A stretch of DNA of 64,000 bases from positions 62,992,001-63,056,000 of the forward strand of contig OX597816.1 of assembly GCA_951406725.2 (NCBI GenBank), read 5' to 3'. Under the pieces are notes generated by a model. That model worked only from the letters and a program-made list of their open reading frames with translations, made no database searches and was not told where the DNA came from. The DNA comes from Octopus vulgaris. Lineage: Eukaryota. A program made the position numbers and the translations under genes. Position 1 is the first letter of the stretch. Each line of letters opens with the position of its first letter. Below, piece by piece: positions 39,831 to 55,372 of this stretch.

Positions 39831-42207
39831 AGCGAAGAAGTGAATAACAGGAAATAATGAGAAAAATATTCTCTATATGCACAAAGCATGAAGCATGAAC
39901 ATGTACATATATTCATGCGCACGCGCAAAAGGCAAAAAGAGATATATATTTGCACCGCGATGCTATTAGATCAAATGTTTTTCTAATCTAAGTGCGATCG
40001 TGTGAGATTGTATGGCGGTTGGGAGTTTCTTTCTGTTTCGTAACAATCTGCTTTCATAATCTCACTAAATAACATAATGTGAAAGAGAGTTATACGTGTT
40101 AAATCCCATGACTATAGGTGTGTGTGCGTATATGTATGCGTGTATGTATGCGTGTACGTGCGTGTATGTGTGTGTGTGCTCCTGTGTGTTGTTTCCAGAG
40201 TAACTTCTAGCAAGCGTTCATTCACGGGTGGATGCTGAACAGTAATACTGAAACTGTGTGCTGTGTATTCATGCAAGCATTAATTCCGATGAATGCCTTA
40301 AAGCATATTGAAAATATCCATCTACAAATCGGCTTTCTGTTCTGTGCACATTACATCTTGTCATTGTTCTATACAGCAATGACATAACGCGCGCGCATAC
40401 TTATAGGCATATATGATATGATATGATATATACGTAGGTATGAATACATACATGCTTACGCGCATATGAATTCACTCAGCTATATACATAAGCATGCACA
40501 CGCATGCATACACACACGTACACAAATGTATTAATATGTGTATAATCTTTTTGACATATCTATCATTCTATTTCAATGTATTATCGCTTTTAAACTGGAA
40601 TTATTTCCATATTCATTGAGCTCTCTGCTAAAACGCTTTACGCTAGAAAATATCTCTGTTATGGTTGCAAAATACTTGTTCTTATTAATATAACACTGCA
40701 TTTATTTTACACAACTTTACAATACCATTTCACAGTTTCAGAAATTTATGCTCTTTGTAAAGTATTTCACAGATTTGAGTACATAAATTCTTTAATTTTT
40801 TCGAAGCTATGAATACAAAATACGCTGTATTGCTAATTTGAATTTGAAATTGAGGAATATAACGGAGAAGATGCATAGAGTGGCCACATTTATTTTTTTA
40901 TCTATTACGAGGTTCTTACAATTTATAGTTGGTGGCAATCATGTATAGCACTATTTCATTCTTTTTCAAAATCTTAAGCATTACATAACCCGTAACTTAT
41001 TAGATATAACGCGAAATGGGGTATATCATTAAAATTTAAAATGATATTAATTACTTTCCGTAGGAAATTCATGGAATATTGTTTATAGCTTTATTTCTTC
41101 ATAGAACGCTGGCAGTATAAGTCTTAAATTATTATTGTATATTTCGGCTGGATTAAATTTAATCATAATATAGATTATGGTATTTTCATTACTTTTTATT
41201 CAAGAGGAAAGACTGCCAGTGACCCGTCACAGGGCTCTGTGATTGTTCGGAGGGAAAGAATAAAGCATCCGCACACTGGAAGCTTGATCCGAGCTCTGCT
41301 CAAAATACCCAAGTCGCTAGGTGGTGTCGTTGAACCAGATGGTAGATTACGTATACTTCCTGAGTAGATCACGGCTGGATTTGAACTCAAAGCACAAAGA
41401 CCCGGAGCAAATACTGTACAGCTTTTGCCGGAAGCTCCGAGCACAGTTCCACATCATTGTTTTACAGGGATGGAGTCTGGAGAAAGGTTAGAAGCTGTCA
41501 GGAATAGTCCACAAGAAAGAAATGAAAGAATGACTAAAAAAATAGATAAATAAATAAATAAAAAGTAAAGGGGAAGCAGAATACTACAAGTACCCTGTCA
41601 ATGTTGCATAACGAGTAAGACAGGGATCTTTATGGTTGTCTGAGTTATCAATGATGGTGTACAGGAACATGTTAAATTATGTAAAGGAGACAGAAAAGGT
41701 ACTTTTCTCTTCGTTAGGCATGAGATGAAAGTCAAATACACTGAACACAGAAGAAATAGACTATTGTTTAAAACCTACATCAATAGTCTACGACGGGCTT
41801 TTTTCAGTTTCACTCACAAGGATTAGGTCGGCCCAAGGCTATAGTAGAAGACACTTACCCAGGGTGCCACGCAATGCGAATGAACCCAGAACCATGTGGC
41901 TGGTAAGCAAGAGCTAATGGAGTATTTCTTTGGGGATATGGGACTTTTCACGATTTGGTTCAAGCCAGAAGTACTTAAAAGAAATTTCAAACTTTCGAGT
42001 TAACCATAAAAGGGCCAAAATCGTAGCGTCACCTAATTTTAATGGCGGTTTCTTAAAGAGGTGCATTTGTTTTGTATAATGAATTTTAAAATTGTTTCAA
42101 CATATTCAATCGTGTTCTTGCCTCTCCCTTGTTTATTATATATGCATACACCGTTACATGTTTAATCACTCATTTATGGGAGCTTGTGACCAAGTGCAAA
42201 AAGATTA

Positions 42208-42537
42208 TTGCTGTTGCTGTTGAGCGGTCCGGTCCGAGCAGACCGAAACGTGGTGCTATGCTATTCGCAAGACCCGCAGAAGAGAAAGCAGGTCAACCCC
42301 CGACACCGAGAGCGTCGACGGATGGATGAATGCGCATCCAGGCTCAGCGGTTGCGTAGGAAGTCGGGGAGAAGAAACAGGAAGAAAGAGTGAGAGAAAGT
42401 TGGGGCGAAAGAGTACAACATCGTGAAGCTTTAGGTGTTTTCGCTCAATAAACACACACAACTCCCGGTCTGGGAATCGAAACCGCGATCCTCCGACCGC
42501 GAGTCCACTGCCCTAACCACTGTGCCATTGCGCCTCC
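42208..42537 (-). mobile_element. SINE C with a third tail ending (CAACAG)n
   Basis: C head, then ctctttcttcctgtttc followed by an unrelated tail. Confidence 0.85.
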
Positions 42538-42559
42538 TGCTGCTGCTGTTGTTGTTTAG

Positions 42560-43005
42560 GATGGCCAGCTAGTAGAATCGTTAGGACTCCGGGAAAAATG
42601 CTTAGCTGCATCTAGGTTCAGATTTCGCCGTGGTCGACTTTGCCTTTTTATCTTTTCTGTGTCGATAAGTTAAGTACCAGCTGAGCACTGGGGTCTGCGC
42701 AATTGACTGGCCCACCCTTCGATCTTACTGGCCTTGTGTCAAAATTTTATACCATTATCATTATTATTATTGAATGTTGTTGTTTGATGATGATGTTATT
42801 TTTGGTAAGCCGGCAAGCTGGCAAAATAGCACAAAATGCTTAGCGGAATTTCATCCGTCTTTATTCTTTGAGTTCAAATCTCACAGGTTATCTTTGCTGC
42901 TCATTATTTTGGGGTCGATGAAATAAGCACCAGTTGAGCACTGGGGGCAATTTTAATCGACTAGCTCACAGACCAAGATTTCAGGCCCAGTGTCTATAGT
43001 AAAAA
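42560..43005 (+). mobile_element. Two diverged SINE A copies with (ATT)n tails
   Basis: Core homology. Confidence 0.75.
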
Positions 43006-43009
43006 TTTA

Positions 43010-43100
<91 letters not shown>

Positions 43101-43102
43101 TA

Positions 43103-43148
<46 letters not shown>

Positions 43149-43394
43149 CCACTTGAACTCTAGGAGTTGATGTAATCGACTTGCTTTTTCCCCAAAAATT
43201 TCATCATCCTCATCGTCCTCCCCCTTATCTTCATCTTCCCCTCCTCTTCTTCCTCATCCTCCTCATTCTCCTCCCATCCTCTTCCTTAGCATCATCATCA
43301 TCATCATCATCATTTATTTGTCGTGGATGCAAGCATTTTCTCAGTGCTATTCCTTAAAAGTTATTTTCTTCTGCAATTAAATATTTTATCCTCT

Positions 43395-43633
43395 TTCCCT
43401 TGTTTCAGTCATTGGACTGTGACCATGCTGGGGCACACTCTTGACGGATTTGAACAATTAAATCTTGTTTATTTATTTATTTATTTATTTATTTTAAGTC
43501 TTGTACTTATTCTATCGGCACCGTTTGCCGAACCGCTACTTTACGAGGACATAAACAAACTATCCTCAGTTGTCGAATTGTAGAGGAAGGCAAGAACAGA
43601 CATGCATACTCATACACACAAACACACAAATCT

Positions 43634-43722
<89 letters not shown>

Positions 43723-43898
43723 GAAATACTAATAATATGCAACAGGCCACCACATAGTTTCCGTCTACCAAATTCACTAACATGGCAATACTCGGCACGA
43801 TGGAATAAAAGAAGACACTTGCCCAAGGTGCCGCGAAGTGACATTGAACTCGAAACCACGTAGTAGTAAAGTGAACTTCTTGAGCACAGAAACACGCC
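43395..43898 (-). mobile_element. Diverged SINE B
   Basis: Homology to other B copies. Confidence 0.75.
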
Positions 43899-46249
43899 TG
43901 ATACTGTAACGATGAAAAATTACTTGATGAATAAACAGAAACTTTTTGGTGCAGTTCTTTTTACCAAATGATATTTGATCGTTGACGCCCTTACTCTTGG
44001 GTGGTGAAGAGAGATCGTCTTTGTACATTTGTATTGTGTACATATAGTTTTGCAAATATTAATTTTTTATTTTTTTTTCTAGTTGAGGTTAAATTTGGTC
44101 GAGTAGGTGGTAGAGAAAGGGAGTGCTACACACAAAATATTTGGAAACACAACAGATATCAAGGGAAAAAAAAGAAAAAAAAGAAGATAAAGAGCAAAAA
44201 AATTAAACAGTCACTGTTGGAAACACAGTTATAATTTGACATGTACACGAGAAAAATGTCGAAAGTACAAATTTAAATGCCAATAATAATAAGAACTCTG
44301 CCACCACCAACAAGAACGAAAACAACAGTAACTCGGTCTTTGCTAGCGCTGAAGAGTAAAAGGAAATACGAGACATCGGTCAGATACAAACAATGGAAAA
44401 AGCATGAAAGATGTATGTCACAAATCCAAGTACCTCCTTACTCGAAGAATTTATTCACAAACAGAAAATAATGAGGAAGTTTGCATACATCTGCATATCT
44501 CCTCAAAAGAAGAGTTGGAAGAAGCCCAAGCTAATGTATAGTAGAATGTGTACTCGTTCGGTTGATAGCAAGTACATTGAAACGTGTGGTCGTTCTTTGA
44601 GAACGACAATCAACCAAAAGGACAGATACGTGCCTATGTATATACTAGTAAATGTATGAATTTCGGGTATGCCTGGATTTCGAGTGTGCATACCCAAACT
44701 ACAGATATTGGTATGGTTTGTTGCAAGCATTGTACAACGGTACAGTTATGAGGTGATGATGGTGGTTATGGTGATAAACAATATATTGTTTCATGGGGTC
44801 TTCATGGACCTTCAGCAAAAAGAAAAATGACCGAGAGACAGCAGCAAGGGCAGCCAAAATAATAGGCTCATGAAGTAAAAGACTGGGGATGTGACTTCAA
44901 CTACCACTGCTTCAATAGTATCACTGGTCGCAGCAGTAAGGACAGCCAGAGTGGAAGCAAAAACGTGTGAAATCATAGCATTCTAAATGTTACAATCATC
45001 AGCTGCGGACGAAATTGGACACTAAGAAACCAAGGGTTTTTTTTCCTCCAGCACAGAACCGCCTATAGTCAACAAAATGTAGTGTCACACTACGCGGCTT
45101 GTCGGACAGCTATTTAGCATAAACCACCTGGTCTTTGCAAAACACTCTGGCCGGTGAGCAAAATGGTTCGTCAGTAAATCATAAATCTGAAAGAGAAGCG
45201 AAGAACACTCTAAGTTATATGTGTGTGTATGTATGTGTGTGTGTATGTGTGTGTGTATGCGTGTGTGTGTGTGTGTGTGTGTATGGAAGGGGCTACTTTG
45301 GCTACATCTACTAATCAGGCTTTGGTTGGCTCTAGAAGAAGACATTTGCCCGAAGTGCCATGAGGCGGTGCTGATCCTTAAACCATGTAGTTGGGAAACA
45401 AGCTTTTTACCACACAACCATAGAAAAATCATTTACGACATGCATTACTTTACAGACATAGGTCGTAATGAACCAATGAAATAACTTCTACGCTAGAAAT
45501 GGAGAACATTTAAATTTAACCTTCCACCTCCACCTGCTGACAATTTTCTCTGAAATCTCATATAATAATGAAAAAAAAATGGCTGAAGTTGAAAACTAGT
45601 TTTATATAAGTTACTTCGAACATTCTCAGAAGTCATAAGAAAATTTATGTTATTTCCGTTGATTGAAACGATTGTCTTGTAAAATTAATCATGAGTTAGA
45701 ATCGGTTTGAATTGATGACGAAATAGTCTGACTTTTATGGCAACCAATTAACATTTAGCATATGTCAATTCATCTTCTGTTTTGTTAAAGATTTTAAATC
45801 ATTCTTGTAAATTGCGAAAAAAATTATCAAACTGTTTTTGCAATGGCTTGTGTTAATAAAAGATAAAAAAATTATCGGTGATTGTTTGAGGAAGAATATG
45901 GACTGATAATTATTTATTCAAAGAAGTGTAAAAGGAAATTGTGTGTGTGTTTGAGTGAGTATGTGTACGTTTGAGTGAGTATGCGTGTTTGTGTTAGAGT
46001 GTCTATGCTTGAGTGAGTGTTCGTGTGTATATAAATGTGTGTATGAGTGTGCTTGTGTATGTGTGTATTTCTCTGTACGCGTGTGTTTGTGTGAGTGGTG
46101 AACGTGTGTCAGTGTATAGATGTGTATTTGCGTGTATGTCTCTGTATGTGTGCGTGTGGATGTGAATGGGTGTGAGTGTGTCTGTCCGTTCGTAAGCGTA
46201 TGTGAATATATGTGAATATAAATGTGTGATGAATGTGTGTGAGTGTGTG

Positions 46250-46520
46250 CGTTTCATTATTTGTAAAAATTCCGTAGGTGTTTATAAAAAGTGCAAATTC
46301 TAAAGCCATTATTTAACCAAACATGAGGAATACGAAAATTCACAAGAAAACATATCAAAACAGACCGTTGTATTTAGACAAGCTATAGCATTTTTAAAAC
46401 AATCTTTAAACAAACAGCAACATATTTTCAAAAGACATTAATGGAACTACTTTATTTAAGGAAACCAGTTATGAAGTGTGTATTATAATTGCGAAGAAAG
46501 CAAAACAAAGTACACATCGA
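46250..46520 (+). mobile_element. hAT (SPIN/Charlie-like) transposase N-terminal remnant
   Basis: IICKNSVGVYKK..SHYLTKHEEY..LKQSLNKQQHIF..TSYEVCIIIAKKAK. Confidence 0.7.
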
Positions 46521-47414
46521 AAGCTTTCCCCCAAGATGGTGTTGCAAGAATTTTAATTCTAGAAGAAATCAAGATGGTTTGAGAATAATAGCTTACGAAA
46601 GAGAAAAATCGCTGACTTAGTAAAAGGACATGATTAACAACAGCTAACTATCCTTAAAACGTTTAGCATCAAAATTTGTGTTAGAGTTGTAGATGAGATA
46701 AATGCATATGCATGCACGTGAGAGAGAGAGAGAGAAGGAGTAAGAGAGAGTGAGAGTGAGAGAGAATGAGTGAGGGAGAGTGAAAGAGAGTGAGAGAGAG
46801 TGAGAGTGAGAGAGAAGTTACGATAAATACAAGTTTATATCATTTATTCCTGCTACGGAAAACTAGAGGGAAGAATAATATAAACATATATCTGTCGTAC
46901 TTTCTCCTACATATGCAAACTCTATATCAAAATTAGCAATTCTACTACTTACCAAACCGCTATATAAAAACAAAGAGAGATAAATAAGGGATAATAGTCC
47001 AGGTAAGATACTTCTTAAGCTCTCTGCACCCAGATGCATATGCGAAACAGCTGTAAGACTAGAATAAATAAATAGACAGATATATTGCCTTCGAAAATGA
47101 AGTAGATGAAACACGGACAAGTGAAGAAGAGGAATATTCTTTATGTTGCATATCTCGTTTCTCTGGGGTTTTTTTTTTGGGGGGGGGGTTCGTTGTTCGA
47201 AAAAAGTTCGTTTTCTATGTTTTTGTTTTTATGTTTTCGTTTCTCATTGTGTTCAACGTTTTTTTATGTCCTGTACCCATATATGCATGTATATATACAT
47301 ATATATGTAGTTATGTACATATATGTATGTATATATGCATGTATTTATATATTCATATTATTATATGATCGAACGCCACGCATCCTTTTCCAAGTAAATT
47401 TTATCAATATAACC

Positions 47415-47830
47415 ACTTTTACGCTTTTACTTGTTTCAGTCATTTGATTGCGGCCATGCTGGAGCACCGCCTTTAGTCGAGCAAATTGACCCCAGAGCTT
47501 ATTCTTTGTAAGCTTAGTACTTATTCTATCGGTGGGTTTTTTTTGTCGAACTGCTAAGTTACGGGGATGTAAATACACCAACATCGATTGTTAAGCGATG
47601 TTTTTTTGGGGGGACAAACATAAACACACAAACATATACTCACACATACATATATATACATATATACGACGGGCTTCTTTCAGTTTCCGTCTACCAAATC
47701 CACTCACAAGGTTTTGGTCGGACCGAGGCTATAGTAGAAGACACGTGCCCAAGGTTCAATCCCAGTGGGATTGAACCCGGAACCATGTGGTTCGTAAGCA
47801 AGCTACTTACCACACAGCCACTCCTACGCC
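47415..47830 (-). mobile_element. SINE B
   Basis: Homology to other B copies. Confidence 0.9.
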
Positions 47831-47852
47831 TATATAACCCATTATTTCCATT

Positions 47853-47904
<52 letters not shown>

Positions 47905-48114
47905 GCAACAATGGCGAAATGTCGTTGTTTGTCGCTTCAAGAAAGGCCCCTTGTAAGTTGTCTCCCTTTATTATGACTTTCAGACGATTTTAATATCAGA
48001 CGGTCTGAGAATATAAAGTTAATCCAAACAAGAAAACGCAAAAAAAAACACAACAACGCGAGGACGTGGAACAAATAAAGTATTATTGGACGCTCAGGAA
48101 AGAAGGGAATGAGG

Positions 48115-48149
48115 GTTTAACGTTTCGAGCGGAGCTCTTCGTCGGAAAC
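48115..48149 (-). ncRNA. Minimal hammerhead motif (CCGA core) in a short element at about 48020-48210
   Basis: gttt-CCGACGA-a-gagc tcc gctc-GAAA-cg-TT-aaac; homologue of 9470-9504. Confidence 0.7.
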
Positions 48150-49525
48150 ATAGGAGAAGGAAAGATCCCGAGAAGGGAAGACAGAGGAAAAAATCGCCAG
48201 CGGTACTCATGAGGTCACATATTGAAAGACCGGAAGTAGAAAGGTGGAAGAATAATGTTTTTTAAAGACAGGAGAGTTTTCAAAGACAGTACGTAGAATG
48301 TCAAAGACAAGGAAAGTGAGAAGGGGAATGTGTGTGGATGTGTGCGTGCGCGGAGGTCTGCGTGTGCGCGTGTGTGTATATGTGTGCAATGATGACACGT
48401 GTGTGTGTGTGTGTGCGTGTGTGTGTGTATGTGCGTAGGGCGAACAACTGGCTAGTAGCTGGCCAGTAGTAAGAATAAGGAGTGGTGTTTTTTGTGTCCA
48501 GCCACAGGTCAAAACAAAGAAGTATGTGTGTGTGCGTGTATGTATACGTATCGTGTGTGTGTTTTGTTTGTAGTGTGTGTGTGCATGCGTAGAGTTTGGG
48601 TGTGTGGCGAGTAACTGTATTTAACTTAGTGTATGTGTGCGTGTGTGCTTGTACGTGCGTGTGGGTGTATATATATGTATGTATAATTGTGTGCGTGTAT
48701 GTATAATTGTGTGCCGTGTGTTTGGGATGTATGTGTGGGTTCATTTGTGCGTGTGTGTGTATGTATGTGCGTTTGTATGTGTGTGCGTGTAGTGTGCGTT
48801 TGTATGTGTGTGTGTGTATAAGCGTATATGGATGTATATGCGTGTATCCGTGGGGTTGTGAGTTTTGGGTGTGTGCATTGGTGTGCGTGTGTGCGTGCGT
48901 ATGTGTGCGCATGTTCTTGTGTGCGTATGTGTATGTGTGTGTCTGTGCTTATATGTGTGTACGTATGTGTATGTGTGCGTGCGCGTGTAGGTATATATTG
49001 TGTGTATGCATATGTGTCGGTGTGTATGTGAATTTGTGTGTGTTTGTACGTGTGTATGTGTGTCTGCGTGTATTGTATATATATGTAAATGTGAGTGTGT
49101 GTATAGCCGAGCCACGAACTAACAACACACTTACCTTATGTGTGTGTGTGTGTGTGTGTGTTCGATTTTGTTTATATACCTCGAGCTATTTCTAATTCAT
49201 ATTTGTATTTTTTTTCCGTAGCATGGAACGTTCGGACATGTTAGTTGAAACCATTTAGCCTATAGCCATAGTCAGCGATATGGCTTGTACTAGGCCTCGT
49301 ACGGTATGCGGCATTGATAAGTCACAACGATGACGGAACATTGATGTCTGTCGCTCCGAGAGAGGATATGATCCGAGTTGACTCGCCTGACTATGACTTA
49401 CTTTCAGGCACATAGAGGATATATTCTCTTACGTCTCAAAACAGAATCCGACGCACGAACTATTAACACATACTTCGTGTAGGTGTGTTCGATTTCGTTC
49501 CTTTTTCTTTCTCTCTCTCTCTCTC

Positions 49526-49939
<414 letters not shown>

Positions 49940-49993
49940 ACACGCCCCAGTATGGCCGCGGCCTTCGGGCTAAAACATTTTTAAGGATTTTAA

Positions 49994-50036
<43 letters not shown>

Positions 50037-50212
50037 ATTTCCAGTCACCTTTTTTACTTTATGTTTCTTTCCTATCTTTCTTCTGGTGAAAGACTAGCAT
50101 CCCAAACGTCAAAACACATCTTTCTCTATTTGAAGCTTTAGATTCATGCAACATATGTTGATTTCTTGAACTCTTGAACTCCCCCCCCCCCCGCCCGTTA
50201 CATATACAATGC

Positions 50213-50444
50213 CCGTGGCTGTTGTAAGAAGTTTGCTTCCCAGCCACATGGTCCCGGGGTTCAGTTCCACTGCGTAGTACCTTGGGCAAGTGGCTTCTGC
50301 TATAGCCTCGGGCAGACCAAAGCCTTGTGGGTGGATTTGGTAGACGGAAACTGAAAGAAGCCCGTCGTTACATGCCGAAATCTACTTGGTGTAATTAATA
50401 ATTATTCCAAATTAATTAATTTCACCCTTTATTGTTACTGATAA

Positions 50445-50480
<36 letters not shown>

Positions 50481-50671
50481 TTGTGTGTGTTTGTCCCACC
50501 AACATCGCTTGACAACCGATACTGGTGTGTTTACGTCGCCGTAACTTAGCGGTTCGGCAAAAGAGACCGAAAGAATAAGTCCTGGGGTCGATTTGCTCGA
50601 CTAAAGACGGTGCTCCAGCATGGCGCAGTCAAATGACTGAAACAAGTAAAAGAGTAAAAGAGAGTAAGAGT
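50213..50671 (+). mobile_element. SINE B with an insertion at the internal microsatellite
   Basis: Homology; extra sequence at 50370-50447. Confidence 0.85.
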
Positions 50672-51226
50672 ATGCATAATAAGATTTCACTTAATCACTG
50701 TTTCAAAGAACGCATCCATACGCTTTCATTAGAAACAAATTCTAACCAGATTAATATCATACTGCAATCTCACTGCAATCTCGAAAGTATTGTAAGGATA
50801 ATTCACTCTTAGTGGTGTATAAGCGACGCTTAGTTAATGCAGTCAAACAATATGCCTCTATATGTTAATCATCTTTAGTAACGAGCATATTCCTTAAAGA
50901 ATTCTCAACTCCTGAAAAAAAAAAGGCGGGAAGGTCAAAAGGCCACGTTGAATTACGTTTGCTTAATGGTATGTCACAGTCGCTACAGAACTGGGGACTA
51001 CACAGCAACCAATTTCCCCAGTGTCTGACACGTAGAGCTCTTCATCTTTAGTATAGCACCATAGTCTTTCCTCCGGTTACCAGCATGTAAGAATTCACAA
51101 TGAATGTTAGCCGCCACAGCATTCAGCGTCGGCCGGGTCAATAGCAAATGCATGCCCACAGGAAAACTTGAATGAGATATGAACACGTCACTTCTCGAAC
51201 CAACAGAAGTGTGTGTGTATGAGTGT

Positions 51227-51312
<86 letters not shown>

Positions 51313-51805
51313 TGTATTTGCTGGAGGTCTCCACAACAAATGGTGAATATACTTTGTGTTCTAACTAGTCAACGTATATTTAGAGAGACGGAGAGAGACA
51401 GAGATGGGCGGTGAGAACTAAAGGAGAGAGAAAGTGAGAGGAATGGAGGGAGTAAGAGGATGTGCATGAGGAAGGTAGGAGGTGCGAAATAGAAAAAGAA
51501 TGGCAGAGAAAGCCAAAGAGAAGGTGCGTAAGGATAAATAAGAAAGACATATTCACTAAAAGGGGACGAAACAACAAAAAAAGATGGAGGCGAACGAAAG
51601 AAGAATTAACATTCAGTACAGTGCGTGTGTATATGTGTGTGTGTGTGTGTCTGTGTGTGCACATTTGTAATGTGTGTGTGTGTGTATGTGTGTGCATGTA
51701 CAAAACTCTACAAAATACATAATACATATATATAGTAAATATACACGTACATAAATGTATTCATACCTTCGTAAAAAATACAATACTTGAATATATACTT
51801 GCATA

Positions 51806-51862
<57 letters not shown>

Positions 51863-52504
51863 CTCTCTCTCCCCCTCTCTCTCTCTCTCTCTTTCTGTAT
51901 GTGTGTGTGAGTGTATGTACATGCGTAGTCAAACCTATGTATGTAGATATGTATACCTGTGTCTGTATGTGTTTATACAGACACACACACACACACGCAC
52001 ACACGCACACACGCACACATACACACCCCCACACACAAACAAATACATGTATGCATATATATGCATATCTGTGTGTCTGTACATATGTATATATACCTAC
52101 ATACGTCCGTATATTGATATATATAGAGGCACACATGCACACAGTCACCTCCACAAATACACACACACACACGTACACACACACAAACGCACATACACAC
52201 ACACAAACGCACAAACTTGCGCGCGCACACACACACACACACAGACACACACACACGGAGTGCAAATCGCCGAAAGCCAGTCGAACGAACAGCGAGACAA
52301 AAGAAGTAAAAACACAGAAAAAAAGGCGTAAATCTCGCTCACATGTTAGACATTTTTGTCATGTGACTAACAATGGCAGCCGACAAGCAATATTGTAAAA
52401 TAAACACAGCCCACTGGGAATTATTATTATCGTTGTTAAAGCGAAAACTGATGTTTCTGGATATCTTTTACTTTCCTATTCTTCTCTTATACTTTTATTC
52501 TTGC

Positions 52505-52535
<31 letters not shown>

Positions 52536-52798
52536 CTTGTTGATTTTGCGGTAGATATTTTTTTTCTCCTTTTTACGGTTCTTTTGTTAACAAGTTCTAC
52601 TATTATTTAGTTTCAAGACTGGAAAATGCAAAGATAATATTTCAGACAGAACAAAAGTATATTTACTTTAAAGCTATTTCACGTGACCAGCGGAACGTTC
52701 TTTATTTTATTTTATTTTGGAGGAATTCTCATTCGTCTCCATATATACATACACACAAATAAGTACACATACATGCACAAATACATTTGATATATGTA

Positions 52799-52880
<82 letters not shown>

Positions 52881-52991
52881 CACATATATATACATATATA
52901 TATATATATGTATGTATATATGTATGAATGTATGTATATATGTACACATATATGTCCGTTTGTGCGTGTATGTACATTTATATATATACAC

Positions 52992-53026
<35 letters not shown>

Positions 53027-53130
53027 CATGCATACTTATATACATTCATACACACACACACACACATATATGTAAATATATATATTTATACATATATATG
53101 CATAATAACTATATATATATTAATGGAAAC

Positions 53131-53188
<58 letters not shown>

Positions 53189-53244
53189 GGATGGATGGAT
53201 GGATGGATGGATGGATGGATGGACAGACAGATAAACAGTCAAAG

Positions 53245-53323
<79 letters not shown>

Positions 53324-53513
53324 CAAATACACTCACATAAATGTGTGCGTGCGTATGTATGCGTGTGCATGAGTGCGTGCGTATGCGTGTGTATGCACCT
53401 ATGTATGCATGCGTGGCTATGTCTATGCATCTGTATATATTCTGAAAGTCTAAATTTTCGTGAAACCTAAAGCCTGTTATTTTTATTTATAACTCTGTAT
53501 GGTTAAGTATGTC

Positions 53514-53553
53514 TATTTCTTTATTACCCACTAGGGGCGACACAGAGGGATAA
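53514..53553 (-). mobile_element. 40-bp retroinsertion of the Tx1-like tail alone, with 17-bp TSD
   Basis: TSD gtatggttaagtatgtc at 53497-53513 and 53554-53570. Confidence 0.85.
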
Positions 53554-53774
53554 GTATGGTTAAGTATGTCGCATGGTTACTCCCTGTTGTCTCTTACCAT
53601 TGTAATTACAGTAAACCAAATATTTGCCCCGTTGGAAACCTGTAACCAACAACGCGTTTGTTCAGAAAATGTGATATGAAATACAAATGAAAGCGTGTGT
53701 GTATGTGTTATGTGCATGCGTGCATGTATGTGTGTGTGTGTTTGTGTGAGAGTGGCTTCGTCTGTCTAGTTATC

Positions 53775-53853
<79 letters not shown>

Positions 53854-53872
53854 TTATCTATCTATCTATCTA

Positions 53873-54735
53873 CAGGAGTTGGACAAAATAATGGAAACAC
53901 CTTAAAATTTCAAACAAATTTATTTTAATATGGGTAGGACGGCCTTTGGAGGTAAATACAGCTTGAATTCTAACATGGGGTTGGTCGGCTTTTGGCAGTA
54001 ATTACAGCTTCAGTTCTACGAGGTATTGACTCCTACAAAGTTTGAATTGTTTCCAAAGGAATTTTTGTCCATTCTTCAGCTAAAACACCCTACAGTTCCT
54101 GTAGCGATGATGGTTGAGGATATCGACTCCTTACTTGTTTTTCTAAAATGTACCATAAATGTGCAATAATATTGAGATCTGGGGTCTGTGGTGGCCAGAT
54201 AAGATGTTCAACTTCACAAGAATGTTCCTCATGCCATTCAGTAACAACTTTAGCTGTGTGAATTAGTGCATTATCATCCTGAAAGATCGTGTTTCCCTCC
54301 AGAAACAGCTCCGCAAGCGTAGGATGAATTTGATCAGATAAAATGCTTAAATAGCCTTGACTATTAATTTTGCCGTGAAGGGAAACTATTGGGCCAGTGG
54401 ATTTCCAAGATATAGCCCCCTCCAAGTTTAACAGTTGGAAAAGGGCAATCTGGGTCAAATGCTTGTTTTGGCTGTCTCCACACGTATACTTGGCCGGTGC
54501 TCGAAAATAAGGTAAAGGATGACTCGTCCAAGTAAGTAACATTCTTCCACTGCTCTAGGGACCAATTATGTAGGTTTTTACTCCACTATAAATGTTTTGC
54601 AACGTTCGTTTTTGAAAGTAGAGATTTTCTGATGGCAGCTCTCCCGTGAATTCCGGCTTTGTGCAGCTCCCAGTGAACAGTTTTTGTAGAAAGACCTATG
54701 GTGCTAGGTGTTTCTATAATTTTGTTCAACCCCTG
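53873..54735 (-). mobile_element. Internally deleted Tc1-family transposon in (TCTA)n
   Basis: About 29-bp TIRs caggagttggacaaaataatggaaacacc; TA flanks; ORF 54090-54542 has IFQDDNALIH..WPPQTPDLNII. Confidence 0.9.
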
Positions 54736-54934
54736 TATCTCTCTAACTATCTATCTTTCTCTCTCTCTCTTCCTCTCTCCCTCCCTCCCTCTCTCTCTCT
54801 CTCTCTCTCTTCTTTTCTTATTTCTTTATTGCCCACAAGGAGCTAAACATAGAGGGGATAAACAAGAACAGACAGTGGGACTGAACCCGGAACCATGTGG
54901 TTCATAATATATATGTGTGTATATATATAGAGAG

Positions 54935-55039
<105 letters not shown>

Positions 55040-55046
55040 TACATAA

Positions 55047-55101
<55 letters not shown>

Positions 55102-55122
55102 AAACAAGGTGTACGTACGCTG

Positions 55123-55183
<61 letters not shown>

Positions 55184-55184
55184 A

Positions 55185-55372
55185 AAATACAAAATGGGAC
55201 AATAACGTAAAACATTCAAATAGACAACACAAAAAACACGGACGGGGTCAAGATTAGTCAGCCGAAATTGCGAGGATGATCCGGTTCTTGACTGAAGATG
55301 AGAGGCTTCGAATGACCCGTCCGTATTTTTTGTATCGTCTATTTGAATGTTTTGCGTTCTTGTCCCATTTTA
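55185..55372. repeat. Fold-back element with about 60-bp inverted arms between (TA)n tracts
   Basis: aaaatgggacaataacg...cggacggggtca versus tgacccgtccg...ttgtcccatttt. Confidence 0.88.

Noticed and set aside
40560-41190. hAT C-terminal dimerisation remnant on the minus strand
   Set aside because: Only a weak EIFSSVK resemblance; not enough to call.
44277-44659. Overlapping short ORFs as a host exon
   Set aside because: No recognisable domain, frame changes, no convincing splice sites; may be an old LINE remnant.
55284-55325. Hammerhead at CTGAAGA 55292
   Set aside because: GAAT instead of GAAA and no stem I partner.
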